Shown here one piece after another: positions 49,401 to 58,149 of a stretch of DNA of 64,000 nt (positions are counted from its first letter, which is position 1; every line of letters begins with the position of its first letter). Under the pieces are notes generated by a model. That model was not told the DNA's origin and did no database searches. It saw nothing but the letters and a program-made list of their open reading frames with translations. Position numbers and translations under genes: made by a program. This DNA is from an uncultured Candidatus Saccharibacteria bacterium (GTDB lineage Bacteria; Patescibacteriota; Minisyncoccia; Minisyncoccales; JAGOPM01): the NCBI GenBank assembly GCA_964596325.1, contig CAZQSQ010000002.1:10820-74819 (forward strand). Direction: 5' to 3'.

Positions 49401-50481
49401 CGGGCACATTAACGGTCAAAAACCCGGCTTCGGTTTTTATCCGCAAAGTTTGACCTTCGCTTGACTCGAGCTCTTGCAAGGCGTAACCCACGACATTGAG
49501 CTGAATATCATTTTTGGCCACAGCCGTCTTTGCCCGATCGCGAGAATCGACAACGCATTTATTATTGCCTGAAGGCGGGTTAGTTTTGGGAGAAGGATAA
49601 GATTCGTCGCACTCGCCATTGGTGGAATTGTTAGGCACGCCATCGGAAAGGAGAATCAAAACTTTTTTACTCCCCGATTTGGGATTGGCGGCAAAAAGAT
49701 CCATGGCCTTTTTTAAGCCGTCGGCAATATTGGTCGTGCGCTCTCCCGCTACTAAAGAAGAAATTGCGCCGCGGCTTTTAGGGAATTTGGCCGAAGCATC
49801 AAAGCCACCCGAAACTATTTTCCCGGCATTGCCAAAAGTGACAATACCCACCCGATCGAATTTTGAATCAAATTTATCCATGGCCGCCAGCAAATGCTGC
49901 TTGGCATAATCAATGCGGCGTTTGCCATTGGCCAAAGGTTGGCCCATGGTCCCGGAAATGTCCACCAGAAAAACCACATCGATATTATTACGGACTATCT
50001 TTGTGGTGTTGGGGCTGCCGCAAACTATGCCAAAGCAAACCGCCGAACGCCCCGAAACATCTTCGTATTCTTTTTCGCCAGTATCTTCATTGGGTAAAAC
50101 CTCCCCACCCTCGGGGCGCGAAACTTCAAGGGCAGGAGACTGGTCCTGAGCTAAATCAGAGCTGAGCGCTTCTGGTATCTGGCCAGCCTCAGTTGTCGGG
50201 GCGCAGGCCGCGCGCACATCGTCACCGTATTGCAAAAAAGTATTGGCGACAAATTCGCCAAGCGCACTGCCCGAGGGCACGTGCAAGGGCCCGACTTTGG
50301 TAGATTGCCCTTTGCTTAAAATATCCAATAAAATATCCTGCCCGTCGCGAAAAATGCTCTGGGTGGAAAAATATGTCCCCTCTTCATTGGTCTGATAAAA
50401 AATCTTTGGGCAGTCCTGCGCTAGGGCAAGCGGCGCAATACAGAATAATGCAAATGCGGCGGCAATAATTTCTTTTTTCAT
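46438..50481 (-). CDS. Giant secreted protein (1347 aa) with two von Willebrand factor A domains
   Basis: Signal peptide MKKEIIAAAFALFCIAPLALA. VWA/MIDAS blocks VDVVFLVDISGTMG..ILLSDGVPN and VMIVADLSESMN..MLILSEGLPT. Many Cys residues. Confidence 0.7.
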   Translation of the reverse strand: MKKEIIAAAFALFCIAPLALAQDCPKIFYQTNEEGTYFSTQSIFRDGQDILLDILSKGQSTKVGPLHVPSGSALGEFVANTFLQYGDDVRAACAPTTEAGQIPEALSSDLAQDQSPALEVSRPEGGEVLPNEDTGEKEYEDVSGRSAVCFGIVCGSPNTTKIVRNNIDVVFLVDISGTMGQPLANGKRRIDYAKQHLLAAMDKFDSKFDRVGIVTFGNAGKIVSGGFDASAKFPKSRGAISSLVAGERTTNIADGLKKAMDLFAANPKSGSKKVLILLSDGVPNNSTNGECDESYPSPKTNPPSGNNKCVVDSRDRAKTAVAKNDIQLNVVGYALQELESSEGQTLRIKTEAGFLTVNVPEEAAKNARQLLRDMAKGDDYYFESETLSDLNSIFDKIITKSKTSPPPVCDNSSLELRAKGNYKFSTVNYPSKAKLLGMEQNNSVVKWNTGNMTMGEIMNFQVIFDKDYKVSNPGNLVDFPKSLYRFVDSSGYKRELDLGMNKASMCVKPEDKKEGGLDIAIERNIALNKCVAHLTFKVTCIGNYPQFKCQDIYLSDKFPVYASYIAKTFKYSSSLQGGGAVYDNSFDGMNGVRFSLGDMVPGESKTIEFDVSLNYSGSLPQSGLAKAQLNYTNGYTRQYGKIENITFAMPIPEECKEPPKGELPKINIVSSVKTEFDCYNPGSVNYIGTSSIALKCEGQLNCQNVSVNVAYSPKYLVRYAGFESALDKVEFSEIKPGNLRFSIPLLAAGETEYVNLKWQVDHENLEKLITGSSLKNNAALFNIKASVFAGKDVVTASSVAEPAAQSLPSPQEFALCRRPPPPRVEVKADFCTECGTQGKFAYTYFKGAIMCKFNEGCSSLSVVVRAPKKVTVAGARKASESPDGTVSYAVAFNREMKFGETQPFNIKFSLDKASMDLDKDKKFDITLEYMATSQGGQLDKISENQTILLPLEEYCGCYQFSGELTRGSNLKAEDFDISRYVMIVADLSESMNVPANAPDRAKFLEQYRQVIKGLYGQINTESGKDNIGIIEASHGTAKLKMTNNGIPLAFTQNINTWNSAVDSLSYGGTTNLAKAINMAHQALITAGRAGDVKVMLILSEGLPTEDGGYTDSETRNSVAKAVCHGSLTTANFMSDQCVSAAIREARAAQKNKIDMYAAWYIYETDPSRERKFDIFEETPKWSEDARDIKDKAVAKAVGKGIMERLGYFQNSGNLPYFNPDDGSSALAKAFGCDRDSKMTIEGILPSGLKFITGSAKSKGAAVAAEVIGVNPQKIIFPISKKMSVNYQQFDFSFYASAPFGMKEVESPVRFYITCLQGRKQVEKYLDLTVTRATDKWCPYAGSCQEFK

Positions 50482-50483
50482 AT

Positions 50484-51263
50484 TTAATTATGTAGATTTT
50501 TTGGATAATTTTTTATCTGCCCTAAAAACTTTCGATTGGCCCATTCCCAAAGATCCTTGGCGGAAAGGAAGGCCCGATACGACTCATCCATCCCTTTCAT
50601 TTTTTTGAACTCAATTTCTCCCATGGGCGCATTAAAATCGTGTTGGCAAAAATATTTCCCACCCGTAATCTTGATGTGCCCTTCTTTATCGCGGCGCTTG
50701 GCGCCGCAAATATCACAAACTTCATATTTGTCGAGGCGCAATATCCAGCTGGCAGTCGCTTTTTGGTCTTTGGCAGCAGCTTTATTATGAGCATGGGCGT
50801 AGGCCGCAGTTTGCAAGCCGTATTCCTCCCAAATCCCGCTGCCTGTTTTTATATCGACTATTCCGACCTCCCCGTCTATCCGGGCCAAAATATCGGCCGT
50901 CCCGCAATAGAAATGCTCCTGATTGTCGATAATCTTTTTTTCTACCGCGATTACTTCAATGTCATGCTTGGCGCGCCATTTGACCAATTCTTGCATTATG
51001 GGTTTAAGCTTCGGGTCGAACCCGTCTTTGCCCTGCAAAAAATTTTCGGCGGCATCATGCACCTTTATTCCGTTTTCCGCGGCCAAACGCATAGCCTCTT
51101 GGGCTGCGGTAAAATTTTTCTGCTGCGCATAATAACGCAAAAGCCCGGGCTTGGCGACAATCTGCAAAATCGAGGTAACCCGCGGCAACCAAAAATCCTC
51201 AACCTCGTAACCGTGCTTGGCACGGAATTCCTTAAGCATTTTTCCTTCTTCCTTGTTAGTCAT
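50484..51263 (-). CDS. Cytoplasmic PD-(D/E)xK nuclease, RecB/Cas4-like PDDEXK_1 family
   Basis: GTADILARIDGEVGIVDIKTG (D...DxK) and the YGLQTAAYAHA QxxxY motif. No signal peptide. C-terminal CxxC..C..H. Embedded between genes for giant secreted proteins, with 2-10 nt spacings. Confidence 0.6.
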   Translation of the reverse strand: MTNKEEGKMLKEFRAKHGYEVEDFWLPRVTSILQIVAKPGLLRYYAQQKNFTAAQEAMRLAAENGIKVHDAAENFLQGKDGFDPKLKPIMQELVKWRAKHDIEVIAVEKKIIDNQEHFYCGTADILARIDGEVGIVDIKTGSGIWEEYGLQTAAYAHAHNKAAAKDQKATASWILRLDKYEVCDICGAKRRDKEGHIKITGGKYFCQHDFNAPMGEIEFKKMKGMDESYRAFLSAKDLWEWANRKFLGQIKNYPKNLHN

Positions 51264-51273
51264 CTTTCCTTTT

Positions 51274-54200
51274 TCATCTGACCGGCGGTCTTATGCCGAT
51301 AAATTCATCCGGAGCATAAAGCGTTATATTGCAATTATCAAAGCGTAATTTGCCATAACCGTTATCGCCCCAAGTAGTTCCCCAACTGTTTTTAATTATC
51401 CAATACCTGTCTTTTTTGTTGTAACCGACAACAATGACTCCATGGTTTACTGATGAGCTAGAATCCTTCTCGCACTCGAAAACCCCGTCATCGCCAATCC
51501 TAAAGGCGGCCAAAATTTTTCCAACAAAAGGCCCGCGCTGATCCAAAACTTTCATCATATACTCGGTTGTAGCCGTAGAAGGGCCCAAGTCCGGGCTAAC
51601 AAACTGCGGGGTGGCTTTTGTGCCCCGAGTCTGCCAATCGGCGCATTGCGCTTTGGCAATCGCTTCCCCAAAAGGATATTTTTCTCCGGGCATGCAAGCC
51701 TCGTCAACAATACCATTGCCCATCAGAGCCCACTCCTTGGTGGTCTGATAGGGCGCGATACTGAGGCCATTAGGCAAAGGAAATTTATCCGCTGAATAAA
51801 GCCAAATTTCCGAAAGGTCCAAATTTTTGCCAGCATCCCTTTGCTCAATTTTATAGCGCGATTCGATGGTCCCGCAATACGCATAGGCCCAACAGTTGCC
51901 GATGCCATCCTGATCTTTAACTGAAGTCAACCAATTTTTCCCGTCTTTATTGCGCCAGTCGACATCGTCTTTATTGGCACTGGAACGGAAATTTATTGTC
52001 GCAACCACTCCACTTTCATCTTGGCCGTCAAACTTCCCGTCAAAGTTCCTATCCAAGCACCAATAATGGGTTTGGGCCTGCTCCGTTCTGGCAAACTCAT
52101 AGGAAACTTGGCAAAAAGCACTGCTACCCAAATCACAGTTGCCCAACTCCGGACCGCTGCAAGAATCTTTTTTGACAGAAATTTTCATTTTCCGGCAATC
52201 ATCAAATATTTCTATTATCCCATCTTTGCCAATTGCCGAGAGCGCCCAATGCAAACGAATATTCCCTGCGCTGGGCAAATAATCATAGTAAAGCGCCTTT
52301 TTATCATTTTCTGATTTATAAGGCTGCGTGCTATCGCTGCTCCAAAACAAAGTTTTTACCGGCGCGGTGCAATTATTAACCGGGAGCAATAATTTGCTGG
52401 CATCAAAAACATAAGATTTCTCATCGCAGAAAATTTGGCGCATTTCATCTTTGACGCAAGCGCGATAACCGTATTTCAGATCAGCCGGCTGGGCTTTGAG
52501 CTTGGCAATATTGATATCAAACCAGAATTTTTCAGCCTTCGAGCGATAATCCAATGGCAAAGCTATACTGTCATCCCAAACATATTCTACCCCGCCCGCT
52601 TCCCCGGCCGCAGCTGACCAAATGGCAAAGCCGCCATAAACTTCCGGATATTCGTCCAAATTATTAACTTGGCCAGTCAGAATGATCGCCTTGGACCCGT
52701 CAAAATGCACGGCAGTTTTAGCCTCAGCGCTAAGCGTTTCCACTATGGGCGTAATCTTGGTTGTCAGCCCAAGCCAATCATTGGCACAATAATACTTCTC
52801 ATCCTCCCAATATTGCTTGGCGCAAAGCCTCAACTTAAATTTCCCCTCCCGATTATTAGTTTTAATATTGGCAAAGCCCAACCAAACTTTTATATCCCCG
52901 GTGCCGGCTGTATTTTTGAGAATGCTGTCATTTTCGAAAGCCACAGCTTTATCGGCTGGATTAGCCGTGTTGTAATATTCATAGCCCAAATAAAGCCGAT
53001 TAAAATCCCGCCAATTATCCACAACTCCATCGATCTTATATCCGGGATAACCGCCACCCTGATACTTCAAGGCGACATTGCGGACTATCGGGACTTTTAT
53101 ATCGGAAATCGCAAAACAATAATCTTCCTTGGCGCAAACCAAATATGTGTCAGGCGTTCCCTCAAATAAAGGCGTGATGCAGGCCCGATAGCAGAACCTC
53201 GCTTCTCCCTTGCTCGGCTTGATGGGCGATAAGGGCTCCATATCCAAAGCCTCCGGCGTAGTATCCAGTTCACGATAAGCGGTTTTCTCTGACGAAAAAA
53301 CGCTTTGGTTGCGATAATCGAAACTTTGCCAAGTGAAAAATGTTCTGAGTATCGGGAATTTGCCCGTGTTGGTAATACGCCCTTGGGGCAAAATCGTGCC
53401 ATCGGCGAGCATTTTGGGCGGTAAATTAATAACATCAATATCCTCTAAGCCCCTCACCCGCTCGCTGACAATCTCACCGCAAACTTTGTCTTTAGGGTTT
53501 TTAGTCGGCGAGGCGCAGGCCGCGTAAGTGATATTTTCATAATTATCGAGGGGCAAAAATGATTTGGAGTCTATTGTTTTCTTAAAGGCGACATTTCTGC
53601 CTTGATTAAGTGGTTTGTCGAGCCAAATGAAACTATCCTCCTCAATGCTAGCCCAGTCAATCCACGGCTCGTGGTGTGCGATATAAGTCAACTCCTTGCC
53701 AAACATACCGATTTGGCCCGTGGGAATATCTTCATGCACGGTTTCGGAATATTTTTTCGTATCATAAATCGCGAAGCCCGCGTAAAGCTGTTTGGCGCCC
53801 CAAAAAGAATTCACCCGGCCGTTAAGATCAACTGTCTTGGCGGTGATATTGCTTGGGGCAAATGTTTGGACATAAGGCAAATCCGGAAAGCAAAAATACG
53901 GCGAGGAAAAAATATTAGTTCCGGTTTGCCGGGCGTAAATTTTCACACAGGCCTTGTCGCCCTTGTCCAAATAAATCCCCTTGGGCGAGAAGCTGACAAT
54001 TTTTTTGTTCGGTAAAATCTGGGTCCTTGAGGAAAAATACCCGTTGACCGGTTCAATTTTTTGGCCATTAGCCTTCTTAATCGTCAAATCAAAACAATAT
54101 TCCACGAAGGAATCGGCCTTATTCCCCGGATAAAGGCTGGCCGAAATTTGCAGACTGCCGTCATTTTTATTGATTTTTGCATCCTCAATAATTGCCTTAG

Positions 54201-54591
54201 GGCTGGGGTAAAGCTCTTCCCGGTCCATATCGCGCATGGCTTCGAAGCAGTAAGGTTTTTCCGAATCATTCAAATTAAAAATTTTGGCCTTAAGCGCATA
54301 ACCGCTGCGCAGTAAAAAATTAGCGGCAAAAAACGTGAATCGCCCGTTGTATTTAACCCGAGAATTGCCGATTACAAAAGCCGCCTTATTGCTGCCTTTA
54401 GGAAAGACTTCATAAGCCACGCTCACGCCCTGATTTTCAGCCAAACCGCTGGCCGTGGCGCTGATAAGCGTGCCATTATTTTTGGTTTGATAGGAATTGA
54501 TCGTGACTGCTGGCGCCGCCAGAACCGGCCATGCAAAAAAAACAGAACAGATTATGGCAAGAATAATATTTTTTTTGCCCATAACGCTCAT
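51274..54591 (-). CDS. Giant secreted protein (1105 aa) with a C-terminal papain-like (C1A) cysteine peptidase domain
   Basis: Signal peptide. The C-terminal domain carries the papain triad contexts: DQDGIGNCWAYA (Gln plus 5 residues then the catalytic Cys), NHGVIVVGY (His) and YWIIKNSWGTTWGDNGY (Asn). Confidence 0.7.
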   Translation of the reverse strand: MSVMGKKNIILAIICSVFFAWPVLAAPAVTINSYQTKNNGTLISATASGLAENQGVSVAYEVFPKGSNKAAFVIGNSRVKYNGRFTFFAANFLLRSGYALKAKIFNLNDSEKPYCFEAMRDMDREELYPSPKAIIEDAKINKNDGSLQISASLYPGNKADSFVEYCFDLTIKKANGQKIEPVNGYFSSRTQILPNKKIVSFSPKGIYLDKGDKACVKIYARQTGTNIFSSPYFCFPDLPYVQTFAPSNITAKTVDLNGRVNSFWGAKQLYAGFAIYDTKKYSETVHEDIPTGQIGMFGKELTYIAHHEPWIDWASIEEDSFIWLDKPLNQGRNVAFKKTIDSKSFLPLDNYENITYAACASPTKNPKDKVCGEIVSERVRGLEDIDVINLPPKMLADGTILPQGRITNTGKFPILRTFFTWQSFDYRNQSVFSSEKTAYRELDTTPEALDMEPLSPIKPSKGEARFCYRACITPLFEGTPDTYLVCAKEDYCFAISDIKVPIVRNVALKYQGGGYPGYKIDGVVDNWRDFNRLYLGYEYYNTANPADKAVAFENDSILKNTAGTGDIKVWLGFANIKTNNREGKFKLRLCAKQYWEDEKYYCANDWLGLTTKITPIVETLSAEAKTAVHFDGSKAIILTGQVNNLDEYPEVYGGFAIWSAAAGEAGGVEYVWDDSIALPLDYRSKAEKFWFDINIAKLKAQPADLKYGYRACVKDEMRQIFCDEKSYVFDASKLLLPVNNCTAPVKTLFWSSDSTQPYKSENDKKALYYDYLPSAGNIRLHWALSAIGKDGIIEIFDDCRKMKISVKKDSCSGPELGNCDLGSSAFCQVSYEFARTEQAQTHYWCLDRNFDGKFDGQDESGVVATINFRSSANKDDVDWRNKDGKNWLTSVKDQDGIGNCWAYAYCGTIESRYKIEQRDAGKNLDLSEIWLYSADKFPLPNGLSIAPYQTTKEWALMGNGIVDEACMPGEKYPFGEAIAKAQCADWQTRGTKATPQFVSPDLGPSTATTEYMMKVLDQRGPFVGKILAAFRIGDDGVFECEKDSSSSVNHGVIVVGYNKKDRYWIIKNSWGTTWGDNGYGKLRFDNCNITLYAPDEFIGIRPPVR

Positions 54592-54592
54592 A

Positions 54593-56053
54593 TTATTTGC
54601 AATTTGTTAAAAATTGGATTGCGGCAATATTTTTAATCCCGCCAAATTTGGAAGACCAGTACGACTTGGCCGAATCATTGGCCGCTCCGGAATTTTGGCC
54701 ACTCCCATTGGCCAAGTTCAGCGTAAAATTGACTTTTTGGCCGCTTGCAACATTGCCCACGGCTATGCCCAAAGAATTAAGCTGCGAGTTGTAGTTGATA
54801 GTATAAGGAGAGGCAACATTGCTACCAAGATATGAAATGCCCGGGTTTAGCCGAAGGTAAGCAAAAACATCTTCGCAATTTTTTGGAAGGGATTTTTCTT
54901 GGGCAAACATACTGCCAAGCGTGATGGAGATTTTTGACAAATCTTCCGATTCGGAAAATGTAGCCGGCAAACTGGCCATATTCTTCATCAGACTTTTGGC
55001 GAAAGCCCCAGCATTGGGTTTGATTTTATCAGTTTGGGCAAAATTAAAACCAATAGTATAAATCTTGGCCGGGGATTTATCGGAGAATTTAGCGTAAAAG
55101 GCTTGGTTTAAGGCATCTTTGGTGCAGGTATTGGCGCTTGTCGGATAAGATTGCCAGTCTGGGCACTCACCCTTGGTGTAGGCATTAGCAACCCCGTCAG
55201 AAACGAGCACGATAATATTGCGCCTAGAATTTGGCGTGGAGCTTATCGGCAGCGCTGAAAGCAAATTGCGGGCCTGCAAAATTCCATCGGCAATATTGGT
55301 TAATCTTTCATTAGCCGCAAAAGCCTCAAGGGTGGCGGCGGCCTTGGTGTAATCGCTACTCATACCCAAAAGAATTTTCCCCTTGGCGCCAAAGCCCACG
55401 AGCGCCACCTTATCAAAATTTTTATCCAATTTGGCCAACAGCCCTTTGATGGCCGCCTTGGCATTATTAAGTGGAGCTCCGCGCATAGTGGCTGATTGGT
55501 CAAGCACAAAAACTATATTGAGCGCGGGCCGCACATATTGAAGATTTTCGCTGGGGCAAGAAAATTCAATATTGCCAGAAAATCGGCAGCTCGCCGCAGG
55601 CTTGGCAAATGTTTTAGGCATTGGCTTGGCTACCAAAGGCAAATAACTTTGTGCTCCCGTAGGGCGAAAGCCATCGTCTAGATTTGGAAAATATCCTGAG
55701 GCCCGCATCGTGGCTATCATTTCTGTTTTTTTACCCACAGCATCTACGCAGGCAAAACAATTTTTAGAAAATGCCGAACCGCAAAGCTTTGGGTCACTAA
55801 GAACTTGCTGTTTAAGGCCGTAAAGCTCGCAGTAATTATACTTGGTGGAAATTTTGCCATTGACCAAGCCCCAAGAATCGGCTTGCTTGCCATCGGGCAG
55901 CGTACAGAGGGAATATTGGCCCGCCGCCGTAGTGATAACTTTTGAGGGAAAACCCATTTGCAGGCAATAGGCGGTCGAGGGGTTGTGCATGGCACCCGCC
56001 CCCAAAGGCAAAAGCGCCGCCAAGGCAATTATTGCAAATATTTTTTTAGACAT
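54593..56053 (-). CDS. Secreted DUF333 (putative hemolysin-like) plus VWA domain protein
   Basis: Signal peptide, then HNPSTAYCLQMGF..YSLCTLPDGKQADSWGLVNG matching the DUF333 pattern (NPAS.YC...G..CTLPDG..W). VWA/MIDAS block IVFVLDQSATMRG..IIVLVSDGVAN. Confidence 0.65.
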   Translation of the reverse strand: MSKKIFAIIALAALLPLGAGAMHNPSTAYCLQMGFPSKVITTAAGQYSLCTLPDGKQADSWGLVNGKISTKYNYCELYGLKQQVLSDPKLCGSAFSKNCFACVDAVGKKTEMIATMRASGYFPNLDDGFRPTGAQSYLPLVAKPMPKTFAKPAASCRFSGNIEFSCPSENLQYVRPALNIVFVLDQSATMRGAPLNNAKAAIKGLLAKLDKNFDKVALVGFGAKGKILLGMSSDYTKAAATLEAFAANERLTNIADGILQARNLLSALPISSTPNSRRNIIVLVSDGVANAYTKGECPDWQSYPTSANTCTKDALNQAFYAKFSDKSPAKIYTIGFNFAQTDKIKPNAGAFAKSLMKNMASLPATFSESEDLSKISITLGSMFAQEKSLPKNCEDVFAYLRLNPGISYLGSNVASPYTINYNSQLNSLGIAVGNVASGQKVNFTLNLANGSGQNSGAANDSAKSYWSSKFGGIKNIAAIQFLTNCK

Positions 56054-56068
56054 ATTTTTGAAAAATTT

Positions 56069-58111
56069 TTAGGGTTTTATCGCCTCCCCGGGCGCATTAA
56101 CTTTTTGCACGGAGATAACCTCATCTTTGAAATTAGGAACCATGCCACACTCGCCATAAGGAATGTGAATAAATCCGCCGTCCCCCCAGCCAGTGCCCCA
56201 ACTATTTTTGATAATCCAACTTCCGTCTAGCTGACTATAACCAACAATTAAAACCGCATGCGAATATATGGCATCGGCCCGCCAATTTGCCCCGCAGCGC
56301 AGGCGGCCGGCCTCATCGAAGTAGGCGTCGGAATGAAAAATATGCCCGTGAATCGGCCCATACTTGCGGATAGCCGCTTTTATTTGATCCAAACCGATAG
56401 TGCCTTTATCCCCGATTATCTTTTCCCACCCGATAAAAAGCCTTTGTTGCCAATCCGCACAGCGATTGGCGCAATGGTCACCGGGTAACGGATAACCGTC
56501 TTTATCCAAAATTCCGGCATTATACGGAAAACAATTTTCATCCACTGTGCGCATTGGAAATTGCCAATCAACCTCGTTCTGATTGGCATATTTTTGGTTT
56601 TCATTAGCACAAGCCGAGAAAAAACTTTCCGAAAGATCAATATCGGTATTAGGCAAATCCCTCTCAATCAAATAGCGAGATTCAATGGCGCCCGTAGTCC
56701 TGAAATCCGCACACGTTCCGGAACCGTCTTGGTCTTTAACGCGCGTTACATAGCTGCCCTTGGGCCGATTGCGCCAATCAAAATACAGCCAATCAGCCTG
56801 CTCGTAGATGTCATATTGGGCAAAAACCGATTCCCCGAAGCGATCAAATTTGCCATCCCCATTTTTATCTACGCAAGCAAAAACCTTATGCCCGCCAACT
56901 TTAGTCTCGAGATTTCTCAACATTAAAAGGCAGCCTAAACTTTTCTCCCCAATGTTATAATTATAACCGGTATTACACCAAGTTATCATCTCACCTTGGC
57001 AGGACTCTTTGCGCAACTGTATCTCCTTATTTTGGCAATCCAATTTTAAGCGGACATCAATATGGGAAATTTTGGCCTCCTCGGTTGTAAAATTTGTTTG
57101 CCCGAGAAATTCCATGCTCAAATTCGAAGAGCAGGCTTCCACCCCCTCGGCGATTATCGGCTCCTCATCGTAACACTTGATATAAATTTCTTTTAGCTTA
57201 TATTTGGCTTTATTATCCTTGCTATACTTCAACAAATTCACTTCGCATTCCTGCGAATCCTGATACTGGCTGGAGGTTTTAATTACCACTTTTTTCCCGG
57301 CCAAATCTTTAGCAATGTAATAGTACTGCCTAGCTACTCTTTTCTTAGCAAGGTCATAATTACCGCTGGCAAAAGCATTAAGGCAATCATTTTCACTTAA
57401 ATAACAACCGTGGATGGCGGCCCCGGCCAAATTATCCGCCTGCCAATAATGGCAAAGGGCGCGGCGGGCAAACACTTGCGTTGAAAGTTGGGCGTTGGCT
57501 GAGCCGTTATTTAAGGCACAATACCACATGGGTTGGGCCAAGTACCCGCAATCGTAGAGCGGCCCGAAGCCGGAAGCATAAATCAAATCCACCGTATCCA
57601 TGGCCGAGCCGGTATCATTGGCAAAAGAAGAAGCATCGGGATATTTTTGCGAAAAGCCGACAGGGAATTCTTTGGCAAAATAATAACCCACAATCTGCCC
57701 GTCGCTGGCGCGCCGGCTAATCCTGATCATGGCCCCGCGGTAACAATAATAATCCCCGTCGCTGTCGCTGGAAGTTTTAAGCTCGGGCATTCCCAAAACC
57801 GGATTGACGGCATACTGGGCCATATTGGAAAAACTTAAATCATAAGAAAAACTCCCTCTGTTCACCAGTTTGCCGGTTTTGATCGTCACAATCTCGCTTG
57901 GCCGGCGCCGCAAAAGGACCTCGAACCACGGCTCCAAAGTAAAGGAAGTCGGGTTGATAATTTGGCCGGAAAGGGTCGCCCCGTTTTGATTTGTTATTTT
58001 CTTCAAATTCGTAAAACGCGGAAAATTACTCTCCGCCAAAACGTGATTGAATGCCAAAAATAACAGGCACGCCGAATATGCAATTATGTGCAAAAATTGG
58101 CGCTTGCTCAT
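56069..58111 (-). CDS. Secreted protein (about 680 aa) with a C-terminal divergent papain-like (C1) peptidase domain
   Basis: Signal peptide MSKRQFLHIIAYSACLLFLAFNHVLA. C-terminal VKDQDGSGTCADF (Q plus 5 residues then Cys, but W/A/F context altered), SHAVLIVGY and SWIIKNSWGTGWGDGGF. The longer ORF start at 58192 (GTG) falls inside the GC-rich repeat region. Confidence 0.6.
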   Translation of the reverse strand: MSKRQFLHIIAYSACLLFLAFNHVLAESNFPRFTNLKKITNQNGATLSGQIINPTSFTLEPWFEVLLRRRPSEIVTIKTGKLVNRGSFSYDLSFSNMAQYAVNPVLGMPELKTSSDSDGDYYCYRGAMIRISRRASDGQIVGYYFAKEFPVGFSQKYPDASSFANDTGSAMDTVDLIYASGFGPLYDCGYLAQPMWYCALNNGSANAQLSTQVFARRALCHYWQADNLAGAAIHGCYLSENDCLNAFASGNYDLAKKRVARQYYYIAKDLAGKKVVIKTSSQYQDSQECEVNLLKYSKDNKAKYKLKEIYIKCYDEEPIIAEGVEACSSNLSMEFLGQTNFTTEEAKISHIDVRLKLDCQNKEIQLRKESCQGEMITWCNTGYNYNIGEKSLGCLLMLRNLETKVGGHKVFACVDKNGDGKFDRFGESVFAQYDIYEQADWLYFDWRNRPKGSYVTRVKDQDGSGTCADFRTTGAIESRYLIERDLPNTDIDLSESFFSACANENQKYANQNEVDWQFPMRTVDENCFPYNAGILDKDGYPLPGDHCANRCADWQQRLFIGWEKIIGDKGTIGLDQIKAAIRKYGPIHGHIFHSDAYFDEAGRLRCGANWRADAIYSHAVLIVGYSQLDGSWIIKNSWGTGWGDGGFIHIPYGECGMVPNFKDEVISVQKVNAPGEAIKP

Positions 58112-58149
58112 GCCTGCTTTAATTATAGTATTTTGTTGCCTTAAAAGAA

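Noticed and set aside
50640-51281. 213-aa plus-strand ORF
   Set aside because: It is antisense to the PD-(D/E)xK nuclease gene and the start of the C1 peptidase gene, and has no supporting signals.
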